From an uncultured Planctomycetales bacterium (GTDB taxonomy: Bacteria; Omnitrophota; Gorgyraeia; Gygaellales; JAHJCI01): DNA of 40,371 nt. Where the stretch lies: positions 1 through 40,371 of the forward strand of contig CAZPQS010000002.1 of the NCBI GenBank assembly GCA_964588765.1. Reading direction: 5' to 3'. Position 1 is the first letter of the stretch; every line of letters starts with the position of its first letter. Below the pieces are notes generated by a model. It did not search any database. It saw only the letters and a list, made by a program, of their open reading frames with translations, and was not told the origin of the DNA. Shown piece by piece: positions 6,685 through 18,614 of this stretch. The position numbers and the translations under genes are program-made.

Positions 6685-8198
6685 TTTGCTACCTTTATTT
6701 TCGTCTGATAAACAAACATTAGTGAGCTATTAACAAACCAATATAAAACCAGTCCGGAAGGCATACGATAGAAGATAAAACCAAATAAAATAGGAAAAAG
6801 AAAACTCATTAATCGTTGTTGTTCTCCGGAAGAGCCGGCTGCAGGGACCATAGAAGACTTTTGTTGTAAAAACATAGTTATTGCCATCAAAATTGGTAAT
6901 ATATTTATTTCCGGAGAGGTAATTAACCGGTCTGGCTGGGATAAGTCTTTTATCCACAAGAAATTAGCTCCTTTTAATTCTATTGAGCGCATCAAGGCCT
7001 GGTATAAAGAAAAGAATATGGGTATTTGCAAAATCATCGGGAAACACCCGCCTAAAGGATTTATTTTGTGTTTGCGATATAATTCCATTGTCTCTTTATT
7101 TAATCTCTGGGGATTATCTTTATAAAGTCGACGCAATTCTGCAATCTTAGGTTGTAAATGCTGCATCTCTTTTACTGAGCGCATCTGCTTCAAAGACAAG
7201 GGAAAGAGCATAAAAAAGATAAAAATACTCAAAATAACTATTGCCCACCCCCAATTATGAACAAGCCGAGAGAAAAACCGTAATATATTCAACAGCAACT
7301 TAGAAATGGGGTCAAAAAACCCATAATAAATGACCTCCTCGGCTCCGTTCTGGAATGACTTTAACAATCCGGCTTGCTGGGGGCCAAGATAAATTTTATA
7401 TTGTAAGCGTCCATCTTGATGGGATAAAAGATTTATCATCGGCCGAGATAAACTTAACTGGCTTGCAGTGCGATTAATTCGAGTAATCTGGAGCATCTCA
7501 GGAAAAGAGATTGGTATAAGTATAGCACAAAAATAACGATTGCGAAAGCCAAAAAATTCTCCGCTATATTGAACCTTGGTTGCTTTGCCTGGGCTTAATC
7601 TGAGTATTTTATCCGGCTGCTTCAGAAAAATCTCTTTAAACCGGCTGTCCAATCCTCGGGAGTTGAGATTTATTATCCCTAAGATTAAACTTGAGGGATA
7701 AGGTATAGACTGCTCAGACAGGTTCTCAATTTTAATATCTAAGGTAATGATAAAATTTGGGTCAGAATAATTAAAACACTTGGTGATTCTTTTTTTATTA
7801 TCTTGATAAACAAATATTGCCCGCTCAGAGTTAAACTCTTTTTGCGTAAAAACTAAATCTTGCTCAGGAAGAGCAAACCCTTGTTCTAAAATAAAGGTAT
7901 AATCTTCCGGCCGTGAATCTTCCGGCCGCGGAAAGACAATCTTCTTCAAAGAAGCAGAAGAGGGATGGAAAGATAATTCCCGGCCATGAGAGATTGTTTT
8001 TAAGAGGGCTTCTTCTTTTAATAAAACAGGAGGAGAGGCGAGTCTTTCTTCTTTTAATAAAACAGGAGGGGAGACGGATTGGGAAATTTTTTCTGTAACT
8101 TCTTGTTTTTCAATAGGATAGAACTTTTGGGTTAGTCTTGACCAAATTATCATAATCAAGAAAGATAAGCCGATTGCCAAGATAACGCGTTTATTCAT
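6681..8198 (-). CDS. yidC: membrane protein insertase YidC
   Basis: 505 aa with an N-terminal TM, a large periplasmic domain and the conserved C-terminal core (MRSVKEMQHLQPKIAELR...INPLGGCFPMILQIPIFFSLY). Confidence 0.9.
   Translation of the reverse strand: MNKRVILAIGLSFLIMIIWSRLTQKFYPIEKQEVTEKISQSVSPPVLLKEERLASPPVLLKEEALLKTISHGRELSFHPSSASLKKIVFPRPEDSRPEDYTFILEQGFALPEQDLVFTQKEFNSERAIFVYQDNKKRITKCFNYSDPNFIITLDIKIENLSEQSIPYPSSLILGIINLNSRGLDSRFKEIFLKQPDKILRLSPGKATKVQYSGEFFGFRNRYFCAILIPISFPEMLQITRINRTASQLSLSRPMINLLSHQDGRLQYKIYLGPQQAGLLKSFQNGAEEVIYYGFFDPISKLLLNILRFFSRLVHNWGWAIVILSIFIFFMLFPLSLKQMRSVKEMQHLQPKIAELRRLYKDNPQRLNKETMELYRKHKINPLGGCFPMILQIPIFFSLYQALMRSIELKGANFLWIKDLSQPDRLITSPEINILPILMAITMFLQQKSSMVPAAGSSGEQQRLMSFLFPILFGFIFYRMPSGLVLYWFVNSSLMFVYQTKIKVAK
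7901..7930. repeat. 15-bp in-frame tandem duplication inside yidC (AATCTTCCGGCCGYG x2)
   Basis: Read directly from the sequence; encodes RPEDSRPED. Confidence 0.85.
8010..8081. repeat. 36-bp in-frame tandem duplication inside yidC
   Basis: TTCTTCTTTTAATAAAACAGGAGG recurs with a 36-bp period (8010 and 8046). It encodes SPPVLLKEE twice. Confidence 0.85.
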
Positions 8199-8200
8199 AA

Positions 8201-8428
8201 TTACTTTACGGGGTCAAATCCTTGCTTGCCAGAAAAGGGATGACACCTGAGGAGTCTTCTCAGGGCGATAACCATTCCCCGGCTCAGCCCATATTTTAAA
8301 ATTGCCTGTTTGGCATATTCTGAACAGCTCGGATAAAATCGGCAGGAAAAAGGAAGGTTTCCGCTTATGTACTGTTGGTAAAAATTTAAAAGATTGATAA
8401 TAAGCCGACTGAGAAATCTTAAATACAA
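8201..8428 (-). CDS. yidD: membrane protein insertion efficiency factor YidD
   Basis: FYQQYIS....[19 protein letters not shown] motif, directly upstream of yidC. Confidence 0.85.
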   Translation of the reverse strand: MYLRFLSRLIINLLNFYQQYISGNLPFSCRFYPSCSEYAKQAILKYGLSRGMVIALRRLLRCHPFSGKQGFDPVK

Positions 8429-8556
8429 AGTTTAATTCTTCCCTTTTGGCGTCGCCGCCTTAAAATCTTCCTTCCCCGGCGAGTTTTCATTCTCCGGCGA
8501 AATCCGTGCGCGCGCTTTCCTCTAATATTACTAGGCGTTTTTAAATGTTTTTTCAT
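8419..8556 (-). CDS. rpmH: 50S ribosomal protein L34
   Basis: Not in the ORF track because it is only 45 aa. Translation [45 protein letters not shown] matches the L34 pattern (HGFR.RM....GR.vl.rRR.KGR). GAAAGG Shine-Dalgarno upstream. The stop overlaps the yidD start by 10 nt. Confidence 0.85.
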   Translation of the reverse strand: MKKHLKTPSNIRGKRAHGFRRRMKTRRGRKILRRRRQKGRIKLCI

Positions 8557-8585
8557 CAGGCAAGCCTTTCTTGGTAATGGTAGAG

Positions 8586-8613
8586 ATTATAACATAAAAG
8601 AAAACTGCGTCAA
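8586..8613 (-). promoter_or_regulatory. sigma70-type promoter for rpmH operon (TTGACG-N16-TATAAT with TGT extended -10)
   Basis: The minus strand reads GATTTTTCTTGACGCAGTTTTCTTTTATGTTATAAT. It shares the GATTTTTCTTG...TGTTATAAT architecture with the divergent dnaA promoter. Confidence 0.6.
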
Positions 8614-8779
8614 GAAAAATCGGCCTTCATACTAAACGACGATAACCAGTTTTTTAAAATCTGAGGGAACCAAAACTCTCAAAATTTCTTTTTCCCTTTA
8701 ATTACATCCGACAAAAATATAATTTTCTATGTAATTAAGACAAACCGGCATCTGTCTTTGTAATCATGGCGGATTTTTC

Positions 8780-8807
8780 TTGCAATTATTGAAACTTCTG
8801 TTATAAT
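8780..8807 (+). promoter_or_regulatory. sigma70-type promoter for dnaA (TTGCAA-N16-TATAAT with TGT extended -10)
   Basis: GATTTTTCTTGCAATTATTGAAACTTCTGTTATAAT, about 185 nt upstream of the dnaA start. Confidence 0.6.
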
Positions 8808-8957
8808 TTAAACCTATCGATTTAAGAATTCAGATACCTCAAGGGGTGTAAGCACCTGGTTGCTTCCTGTTCTGCCTAGACTATCAGTTAACAGGAATGG
8901 ATAGGCGTGTGGTTGGTAAAAAACAGTCTATTTTGTCCATTAAAACCTGCATACGCT

Positions 8958-9010
8958 TGTGAATAGAGGATCAGATTTATCTGTGAATAAACTGTGAAAA
9001 CTGTGAAAAA
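8958..9010 (+). promoter_or_regulatory. cluster of four co-oriented DnaA-box-like 9-mers (TGTGAATAG, TGTGAATAA, TGTGAAAAC, TGTGAAAAA)
   Basis: The boxes start at 8958, 8982, 8993 and 9002, and the last two overlap the dnaA start. The best box is one mismatch from TGTGGATAA. Confidence 0.5.
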
Positions 9011-10397
9011 AGCATTGCTGGTTAAAGCCTGGCAAGAATGTCTCCCCAAGCTAAAAGAGACCCTTGGCGAGACCATTTTTGAGACCTGGATTTTACCCTT
9101 ATCTCTTCAGGAAGAGAAATCCCAACAGGCTGGAGAGTTGGTCTTAGAAGCGCCAGACCCGTTTTTTAGGGACTGGGTGTTAAGAAATTATCTCTCCGTG
9201 ATTCAGAATACACTGAGGGCCAGTCCGGTCGAAGGACAGGTTACCATAGGTGTAAAAATAGTATCCAAAAGCCAATCGGCCGCCGCCCAGGGGCGGGGAG
9301 CCGTCAAGGGCGGCATCGGCCAAGAGGTAAAAATTAGGGATTTCCAAAATCATCTTCTGGGAGAACAGCAGAGGGAGAATTTTATTCTGAACCCGCGTTT
9401 TACCTTCGAGAATTTTGTGGTTGGGTCATCCAACCGCTTTGCCCACGCTGCCTCAATGGCGGTTGCCGAATCACCGGCGCGGGCCTATAATCCGCTATTT
9501 ATTTACGGCGGAGTGGGATTGGGCAAAACCCATCTTATGCAGGCAATCTGTCACTATGTGCAGAGTAAGAATAAATCAGTAAATATTTGCTATACCCCCT
9601 CGGAACGATTTACCAACGAACTTATTAATGCCATTCAGCACCATTCAACTCCGACATTCCGCCAGAGATATCGCAATATGGATGTCTTGGTCATTGATGA
9701 TATTCATTTTATCGCCGGTAAGGAGTCTACGCAGGAGGAATTTTTTCATACATTTAACGCCCTATATGACGCCCATAAGCAGATTATTATTTCTTCCGAC
9801 CGCTCACCCCGGGAAATTCCAAAATTAGAAGAACGTCTTATTTCCCGTTTTAGCTGGGGCCTGATTACCGACATTCAGCCCCCCGATTTCGAAACCCGGG
9901 TGGCAATACTTAAAAAAAAGATAGAAAAAGAGCCGGTGGATATTTCCGATGAGGTTATATTCTTTATTGCTCAGATTATTAAAACCAATATCAGGGAATT
10001 AGAGGGCGCCTTGATTAGGGTAGTCGCCTGTTCGCTCCTGGAGGAGAAATTAATAACCCTGGATTTGGCTAAGGAGGTTTTAAGAGACCTTATTCAACAG
10101 GTTGAAAAACCGGTTAACTTTCAGAAGATTCAAGAGTGTGTTGCCAATGAATTCGGGGTTTCTTTAATGGAATTAAAAACCAAGCGGCGCAGTAAAAACA
10201 TCGTCTTGCCTCGCCAGGTAGCTATGTATTTAAGCCGCCAATTAACCGAGGCATCATTACCCGAGATAGCGAGATTTTTCGGAGGAAGAGACCATACGAC
10301 AATATTATATGCCTATAATAAGATAAAATTGGATTTACAAAAAAACGGCCATCTAAAAGAAAGGGTTAATAAAGTTATTCAAAATCTTAAACAATAA
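8994..10397 (+). CDS. dnaA: chromosomal replication initiator protein DnaA
   Basis: AAA+ Walker A GGVGLGKTHL, box VII and a C-terminal DNA-binding domain (PRQVAMYLSRQLT..SLPEIARFFGGRDHTTILYAYNKI). GTG start at 8994, or in-frame GTG at 9003. Confidence 0.95.
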   Translation: MKTVKKALLVKAWQECLPKLKETLGETIFETWILPLSLQEEKSQQAGELVLEAPDPFFRDWVLRNYLSVIQNTLRASPVEGQVTIGVKIVSKSQSAAAQGRGAVKGGIGQEVKIRDFQNHLLGEQQRENFILNPRFTFENFVVGSSNRFAHAASMAVAESPARAYNPLFIYGGVGLGKTHLMQAICHYVQSKNKSVNICYTPSERFTNELINAIQHHSTPTFRQRYRNMDVLVIDDIHFIAGKESTQEEFFHTFNALYDAHKQIIISSDRSPREIPKLEERLISRFSWGLITDIQPPDFETRVAILKKKIEKEPVDISDEVIFFIAQIIKTNIRELEGALIRVVACSLLEEKLITLDLAKEVLRDLIQQVEKPVNFQKIQECVANEFGVSLMELKTKRRSKNIVLPRQVAMYLSRQLTEASLPEIARFFGGRDHTTILYAYNKIKLDLQKNGHLKERVNKVIQNLKQ

Positions 10398-10530
10398 ATT
10401 AAAGTATTATTCACAGTTTAAAAACCCATAACTAGTATTATTTAAAGGAGTTATATATTGTTAACAGAATTTTAAAACCTACTACTCCTAATACTATATA
10501 AATTATATAAGTAATAATATTGGAGGAATA
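10398..10530. other. AT-rich dnaA-dnaN spacer; candidate DNA-unwinding element of a bipartite oriC
   Basis: Visibly AT-rich 133-bp spacer. It holds one TTATTCACA box (10407-10415) and a repeated AGTATTATT (10403 and 10433). Confidence 0.45.
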
Positions 10531-11622
10531 ATGAAACTAAGTATTGACAAAGAAAATTTAGTAAAAGGCATCCAGGTTGTGCAAAACATAATTAGCCAAA
10601 GGTCTAATTTACCAGTATTATCCTACCTATTACTTGAGACACATAATGCGAATATACATCTAACCACTACCGATTTAGATATCGGGATAACTCATGAAAT
10701 ACCGGCGCATATCGAAGAATCAGGGACAATAATTTTACCGGCAAAGAAATTCGGCGATATTATCAAGGAATTTCCCGAAGGCAAAATAAATATTAATACA
10801 AAAAAGAATAATCTTACACTTATCGAAACCAAACAATGCCAATTTAAACTTATGGGGTTACCATATGAGGAATTTCCAAAATTACCCAAATTTACCAATC
10901 AGGAAATCATTAAGATTAATCAAGATAATTTTAAAGAGATGTTATCTTTGGTCTCTTTTGCCATTTCTTACGATGAAACGCGCTATATTCTTAACGGGAT
11001 TTTATGCCAAATTAAAGAAAACACCATTTGTTTAGTCGCTACCGATGGTAAAAGACTGGCCCTGTATCAGAAGAAGTTAACCCAGGGAATAAATAAACCC
11101 ATCGAGATAATCATCCCCATAAAAACCATTCATGAATTAAATCGTAATCTGACCGAAGAAGGACAAATACTCCTGGGTATCGGGACAAACCAGATCTTAT
11201 TGGACTTAGGGAAAACCCAAATCATTTCCCGTCTGATCGAAGGAGAATTCCCGGATTATAAACAGGTTATACCCCCCGCCTCGGCCAATAAAATAAAAAT
11301 TAATCGCGAACAATTTTTATTAGGGATAAGGCGGGCTTCCCTGTTGGTTACACCGGATTATCAAGCAATTAAATTAGGGGTTTTTAAAAATAGACTGGTG
11401 ATTTCGAAATCCACACCCGATTTGGGGGAATCTCACGAAGAACTTAACTGCGAATATACGGGAAAAGATATGATGATTGGCTTTAATCCTCACTATATAA
11501 TCGATGTTCTCAAGAATTTAGAAGAGGAAACGGTGGAATTTGAGATTACCGACAGCGAGAAACCCGGCGTCATCCGCACCGACGGCTATATTTATATTGT
11601 TTTACCCATGAGGTTGATATAG
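10531..11622 (+). CDS. dnaN: DNA polymerase III subunit beta (sliding clamp)
   Basis: 363 aa at the canonical position after dnaA. Typical N-terminus (MKLSIDKENLVKGIQVVQNIIS.RSNLPVL) and C-terminal MRL. Confidence 0.9.
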   Translation: MKLSIDKENLVKGIQVVQNIISQRSNLPVLSYLLLETHNANIHLTTTDLDIGITHEIPAHIEESGTIILPAKKFGDIIKEFPEGKININTKKNNLTLIETKQCQFKLMGLPYEEFPKLPKFTNQEIIKINQDNFKEMLSLVSFAISYDETRYILNGILCQIKENTICLVATDGKRLALYQKKLTQGINKPIEIIIPIKTIHELNRNLTEEGQILLGIGTNQILLDLGKTQIISRLIEGEFPDYKQVIPPASANKIKINREQFLLGIRRASLLVTPDYQAIKLGVFKNRLVISKSTPDLGESHEELNCEYTGKDMMIGFNPHYIIDVLKNLEEETVEFEITDSEKPGVIRTDGYIYIVLPMRLI

Positions 11623-11627
11623 GCAAG

Positions 11628-14304
<2,677 letters not shown>

Positions 14305-14305
14305 A

Positions 14306-16750
14306 ATGTATACGCAGAACGAAAAGATAATCCCCAGGGATATCGAAGAAGAGATAAAGGATTCCTATCTTAATTACGCAATGAGCGTAATTGTCGGCCG
14401 CGCCCTTCCCGACGTAAAGGATGGATTGAAGCCGGTACACCGGAGGATTCTTTATGCGATGTATGAAGACGGGCTATTGCATAACCGGCCATTCCGCAAG
14501 AGTGCCACGGTTGTGGGCAATGTCATTGGTCGCTATCATCCGCATGGAGACCTGGCTGTTTATGATGCCTTGGTGCGTTTAGCTCAGGATTGGAATATGC
14601 GCTATGTTTTAATTAACAGCCAGGGCAATTTTGGCTCAATTGACGGAGACCCCGCCGCCGCCTACCGCTATACTGAAGCGCGGCTTAATACCATTGCCGG
14701 GGAGCTGCTCGCTGATATTGATAAGGATACAGTCAGATTTGCACCCAATTTTGACAATTCCCGCTCTGAACCCATGGTTTTGCCCGGAAAATTTCCCAAT
14801 CTCCTGGTTAATGGCTCTTCAGGAATTGCCGTGGGTATGGCTACCAATATGCCTCCTCATAATCTGGGAGAGGTTCTGGAGGCGATAATCTATCTTATTG
14901 CTAATCCTGACGCCGAGATTAAAAACCTGATGCATTATGTCCGTGGTCCAGATTTTCCCACCGGCGGGCTCATTTGCGGCCGCCAAGGGATTAAGCAGGC
15001 TTATGAGACCGGGAAGGGGAAATTAACCATAAGAGCGGTTGCCTCCATTGAGCATCAAAAACAGGGCAGGGATTCAATTGTGATTACCGAGATTCCTTAT
15101 CAGATAAACAAGACCAACCTGATTGGGTCAATTGCCTCTTTGGTGGAGGAGGGGAAGATAGAAGGGATTACCGATATCCGCGATGAATCAGATAAAGAAG
15201 GGATTCGCATCATTGTTGAATTAAAGCGTGATGTCGAGCCGCAGATAATCTTAAACCAATTATTTAAACATACGCAACTCGAGATTACCTTCGGTATTAT
15301 CAATCTGGCTCTGGTTGAGGGCCGTCCGCGGATATTAAATTTAAAGCAGCTGATTCGGCTTTTTATCCATCACCGCAAGGAGATTATCCGCCGTCGGACA
15401 CAATTTGATTTAGACAAAGCCGAGAGGCGCGCTCATATCTTAGAGGGCCTGAAGAATGCCTTAAAATATATTGACCGGATTATCAAGACAATCAAAACCT
15501 CCAAGAACACCCAGGAGGCAAAACACAGGTTAGTGAAGGAATTCGACTTAACCGATGTGCAAGCCCAGGCAATCCTGGAGATGCAATTGCAGAGGCTGAC
15601 TGCGCTTGAGCGCAGTAAGATTGAAGCAGAGTATTTAGAGTTGATTAAAAAGATTCAATTTTATAAATCCATCCTTGCGTCGGAGAAGAAGATTGAGGAG
15701 ATTATTGAACAGGAATGTCGCCAGTTACAGAAGCAGTATGCCGATAAGAGAAAAACCCAGATTGTCGCCGAGGTTGAGGAGATTGAATTAGAGGATTTAA
15801 TCGCCGAGGAGGATATGGTTATTGCCATCTCCCATCTGGGTTATATCAAGCGACTTTCGGTAAGCAGTTATCGCAAACAGCGACGGGGCGGCAGGGGCGT
15901 GACGGCAATGGAGACAAAGGAGGAGGATTTTGTTAAACATCTATTTGTTGCCTCAAGCAAGGATTATCTTTTAATCTTTACCGATAAGGGCAAGGCTTAT
16001 TGGCTGAAGGTTTATGAGATTCCCGAGGCCTCGCGCACCGCCAAGGGCAGGATGGTGGTAAATCTGCTTGCTTTAAGTTCGGGGGAGAGAATTACCTCGG
16101 TAGTCGCGGTTAAGGAATTCAGTGAACATAGTTATCTTTTGATGTGCACCAAACAGGGCTTGGTGAAGAAAACAAGGCTCTCCTACTTTAGTAATCCCCG
16201 GCGGGCGGGGATTGTGGCAATTGGGCTGGGCAAAGACGACCATTTAGTAAAAGCCGGGCTTACCGATGGAAAGCAGCGTATCCTTCTGGCTGCGCGCCAA
16301 GGCAAGTCCGTGCTTTTTCATGAAAAGCAGATACGGGATATGGGCAGGGCTGCACGCGGCGTGCGCGGGATTAGATTAGCAAAGAAGGACGAGATTGTCG
16401 GTATGGAGGTGCTTCCTTTGGAGGCAGAGAAGATGGGGTTAACCCTGCTTACAGTTACAACCGGCGGCTTTGCTAAACGCACTACTTTTGGAGAGTACCG
16501 TTTACAATCGCGCGGCGGCAAAGGTATTATTAATATAAAGACAACCCCGCGCAATGGAGAGGTCGCCGGGGTTACCTCGGCTAATAATGAGGATGAGATT
16601 ATGGCCATAACCCAAAAGGGAATGATTGTGCGTTGCCCGGTTAAAGATATCCGCCAAACCGGACGCAGCACGCAGGGGGTGCGCCTGATTAGTTTAGAGA
16701 AAAACGATATAGTTACTTCTATTGCCAAGGTTGTAGCGAAAGAGGAGTAG
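14306..16750 (+). CDS. gyrA: DNA gyrase subunit A
   Basis: [14 protein letters not shown], the active-site region [11 protein letters not shown], and a C-terminal beta-pinwheel with GyrA-box-like QRRGGRGV. Confidence 0.95.
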   Translation: MYTQNEKIIPRDIEEEIKDSYLNYAMSVIVGRALPDVKDGLKPVHRRILYAMYEDGLLHNRPFRKSATVVGNVIGRYHPHGDLAVYDALVRLAQDWNMRYVLINSQGNFGSIDGDPAAAYRYTEARLNTIAGELLADIDKDTVRFAPNFDNSRSEPMVLPGKFPNLLVNGSSGIAVGMATNMPPHNLGEVLEAIIYLIANPDAEIKNLMHYVRGPDFPTGGLICGRQGIKQAYETGKGKLTIRAVASIEHQKQGRDSIVITEIPYQINKTNLIGSIASLVEEGKIEGITDIRDESDKEGIRIIVELKRDVEPQIILNQLFKHTQLEITFGIINLALVEGRPRILNLKQLIRLFIHHRKEIIRRRTQFDLDKAERRAHILEGLKNALKYIDRIIKTIKTSKNTQEAKHRLVKEFDLTDVQAQAILEMQLQRLTALERSKIEAEYLELIKKIQFYKSILASEKKIEEIIEQECRQLQKQYADKRKTQIVAEVEEIELEDLIAEEDMVIAISHLGYIKRLSVSSYRKQRRGGRGVTAMETKEEDFVKHLFVASSKDYLLIFTDKGKAYWLKVYEIPEASRTAKGRMVVNLLALSSGERITSVVAVKEFSEHSYLLMCTKQGLVKKTRLSYFSNPRRAGIVAIGLGKDDHLVKAGLTDGKQRILLAARQGKSVLFHEKQIRDMGRAARGVRGIRLAKKDEIVGMEVLPLEAEKMGLTLLTVTTGGFAKRTTFGEYRLQSRGGKGIINIKTTPRNGEVAGVTSANNEDEIMAITQKGMIVRCPVKDIRQTGRSTQGVRLISLEKNDIVTSIAKVVAKEE

Positions 16751-16755
16751 GCTTA

Positions 16756-16829
16756 GACCCCATCGTCTAGCCTGGTTAGGACAAGAGCTTTTCAAGCTCT
16801 CGACACCGGTTCAAATCCGGTTGGGGTCG
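16756..16829 (+). tRNA. tRNA-Glu (anticodon UUC)
   Basis: GACCCCATCGTCTAGCCTGGTTAGGACAAGAGCTTTTCAAGCTCTCGACACCGGTTCAAATCCGGTTGGGGTCG. Anticodon loop is TTTTCAA. Confidence 0.9.
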
Positions 16830-16853
16830 CTAATTTTTAAAAAGGGGTGGACA

Positions 16854-17399
16854 ATGGCCAAGGATACCATTTTATGGATAGTTCTCTTCGGATTAATCTT
16901 TACCTGCGGCTGCGCTAAACAAAGACCGCAAGATACCGCCGTCAGAGTCAATGATTTTGTTATGTCTGCAAAGGAGTTTGGGCAGGTATTTGAAAGTTCC
17001 GGTTATTCTGCAGGCGAAGAGGATAAGGAAGGATTTTTAGAAGATTTGATTAACCGCAGATTAATTCTCCAGGAGGCTGAGCGGCAAGGGTTGGATAAAC
17101 AGCGGGAGTTTCTGAGAGAGATTGAACGCTTTTGGGAAAAAACGCTTTTAAAGAATATTATTAATCGGAAATCCAAAGAGTTCACTACAAGGGTCGCGGT
17201 CAATGAAGATGAAATCCGCTCCCGGTACGATGAGATGGTTGATAAAAGGTTAATCAGGACTTCCTATAAACAGGCTTATGACCAGATAAAATGGCAGTTG
17301 TTGCAGGATAAACAGAGGAAGGCCTTTGACGCCTGGCTGGAGGGTCTGCGCGAGAAGGCCAGGATTGAGGTGAATAAGGGATCATTAGGGATTAAATAA
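16854..17399 (+). CDS. SurA N-terminal-domain-like lipoprotein (putative periplasmic chaperone)
   Basis: Start moved to the ATG at 16854 because the track start overlaps tRNA-Glu. Signal/lipobox-like LFGLIFTCGC. The FLEDLINRRLILQEAERQGL pattern is typical of SurA_N/PpiD-like domains. Confidence 0.5.
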   Translation: MAKDTILWIVLFGLIFTCGCAKQRPQDTAVRVNDFVMSAKEFGQVFESSGYSAGEEDKEGFLEDLINRRLILQEAERQGLDKQREFLREIERFWEKTLLKNIINRKSKEFTTRVAVNEDEIRSRYDEMVDKRLIRTSYKQAYDQIKWQLLQDKQRKAFDAWLEGLREKARIEVNKGSLGIK

Positions 17400-17449
17400 A
17401 GCCATCCGCTTGAGAGCCCTGAGGGATGGTTCAATTCAGGAGGGGAATA

Positions 17450-18034
17450 ATGGTTAAACGCAGAGACCTTCGTCGGGTCTATTTTATTGAAAGAAAGTTT
17501 CAGGCAGGTTTTATTTTGAAATTCTGCGTCTTAGTAATTATCGGCTCATTACTTACCGGCGTCCTGGTTTATTTTTTGAGCCAGAGGTCAACCACGGTCG
17601 TCTTTGAGCATAGCCGCGCCCTGGTTAAATCCACTGCCGATTTTCTCCTGCCGCTTTTGATTCAAACAATCATTGTGGTCAGCGCTATTGTGGCGGCTTC
17701 CACCATTATCCTTACCCTGTTTATCTCTCATAAGATTTTCGGCCCTCTCTATCATCTAAAAAAGGCGTTGAGTACGATTGAGGCCGGCGATCTAACAGAC
17801 GAGTTTTCCCTGCGTAAGGATGATCAGCTCCAGGATGTCGCTGTCAGTATGTCGGCGATGGTCAAGGCATTGAGAGACAAGGTCAACAATTTAAAACATG
17901 ACTGGCAGGCGTTTAAGGATAACTGGCAGAGTCTGTTGAATAAAAAACCCCCTGCCGATTTGCAGAAAAATATAGAAGGCTTGGAGAATATCGTTGTCCA
18001 GATAGACGGGGATGTCGATTTTTTTAAAACATAG
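17450..18034 (+). CDS. HAMP-domain membrane protein
   Basis: ATG at 17450 is preceded by AGGAGGGG. Two TM segments flank a short loop, followed by the HAMP-like HKIFGPLYHLKKALSTIEAGDLTDEF and a coiled-coil tail. Confidence 0.55.
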   Translation: MVKRRDLRRVYFIERKFQAGFILKFCVLVIIGSLLTGVLVYFLSQRSTTVVFEHSRALVKSTADFLLPLLIQTIIVVSAIVAASTIILTLFISHKIFGPLYHLKKALSTIEAGDLTDEFSLRKDDQLQDVAVSMSAMVKALRDKVNNLKHDWQAFKDNWQSLLNKKPPADLQKNIEGLENIVVQIDGDVDFFKT

Positions 18035-18059
18035 ACAAAATCCTCCCGCCTCCCTTTAG

Positions 18060-18614
18060 ATGAAAAGGATTATATTATTGTTTATATTTTGGTTCTGTTT
18101 AGTCAATCCGGGCCTGGCCCAGCCCGATGAACTCACTCAAAATTCCCAGAGCAAATATTTCAACATATATTTACCGCAGAAGGCGAATTTACTGACATTA
18201 ACTCAACGGTTAAATATTCGTTCAGAATATCTGTTGTTAGAGAGATCTTCTTACGCGCAGGATGACTTGCAGGATATGCTCGGGGCAATTGTCGATGCGC
18301 TCTTTTTAGAGGCCTGCGACGTTTTACATATGTATCTTTATAATTTCAAAGGAAATATCAAGATTTGCCAGAATCAGGAAGAGTTAAAAAAGGCCTTTGT
18401 TGAATTTTTCGAACGGGATTTAAGCGCCCCCTCTTTTTATGCGCACAACACAAATTCTATTTATATTAACATAGAGAACATCCGCCCAGAGACCCTCGCC
18501 TATGAAATCGCCCACGCAATAATATCTCATTATTTCTCCGTTTTGCCGCCGTCAGGGGTTCAGGAAATTTTAGCCAAGGATGTCCAAACACAAATAAGGG
18601 GATTGGCCAGGTAA
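18060..18614 (+). CDS. secreted hypothetical protein
   Basis: Signal peptide MKRIILLFIFWFCLVNPGLAQP. It contains a YEIAHAIISH segment that resembles a degenerate HExxH. The stop overlaps the glmS ATG (TAATG). Confidence 0.5.
   Translation: MKRIILLFIFWFCLVNPGLAQPDELTQNSQSKYFNIYLPQKANLLTLTQRLNIRSEYLLLERSSYAQDDLQDMLGAIVDALFLEACDVLHMYLYNFKGNIKICQNQEELKKAFVEFFERDLSAPSFYAHNTNSIYINIENIRPETLAYEIAHAIISHYFSVLPPSGVQEILAKDVQTQIRGLAR

Noticed and set aside
8888-9076. Minus-strand ORF 8888-9076 across the dnaA start and DnaA-box cluster
   Set aside because: It overlaps the dnaA 5' end and leader, has no motif and no ribosome-binding site, and is most likely spurious.
18500-18614. glmS ribozyme upstream of glmS
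   Set aside because: The glmS ATG overlaps the stop of the preceding ORF, so there is no untranslated leader to hold a ribozyme.
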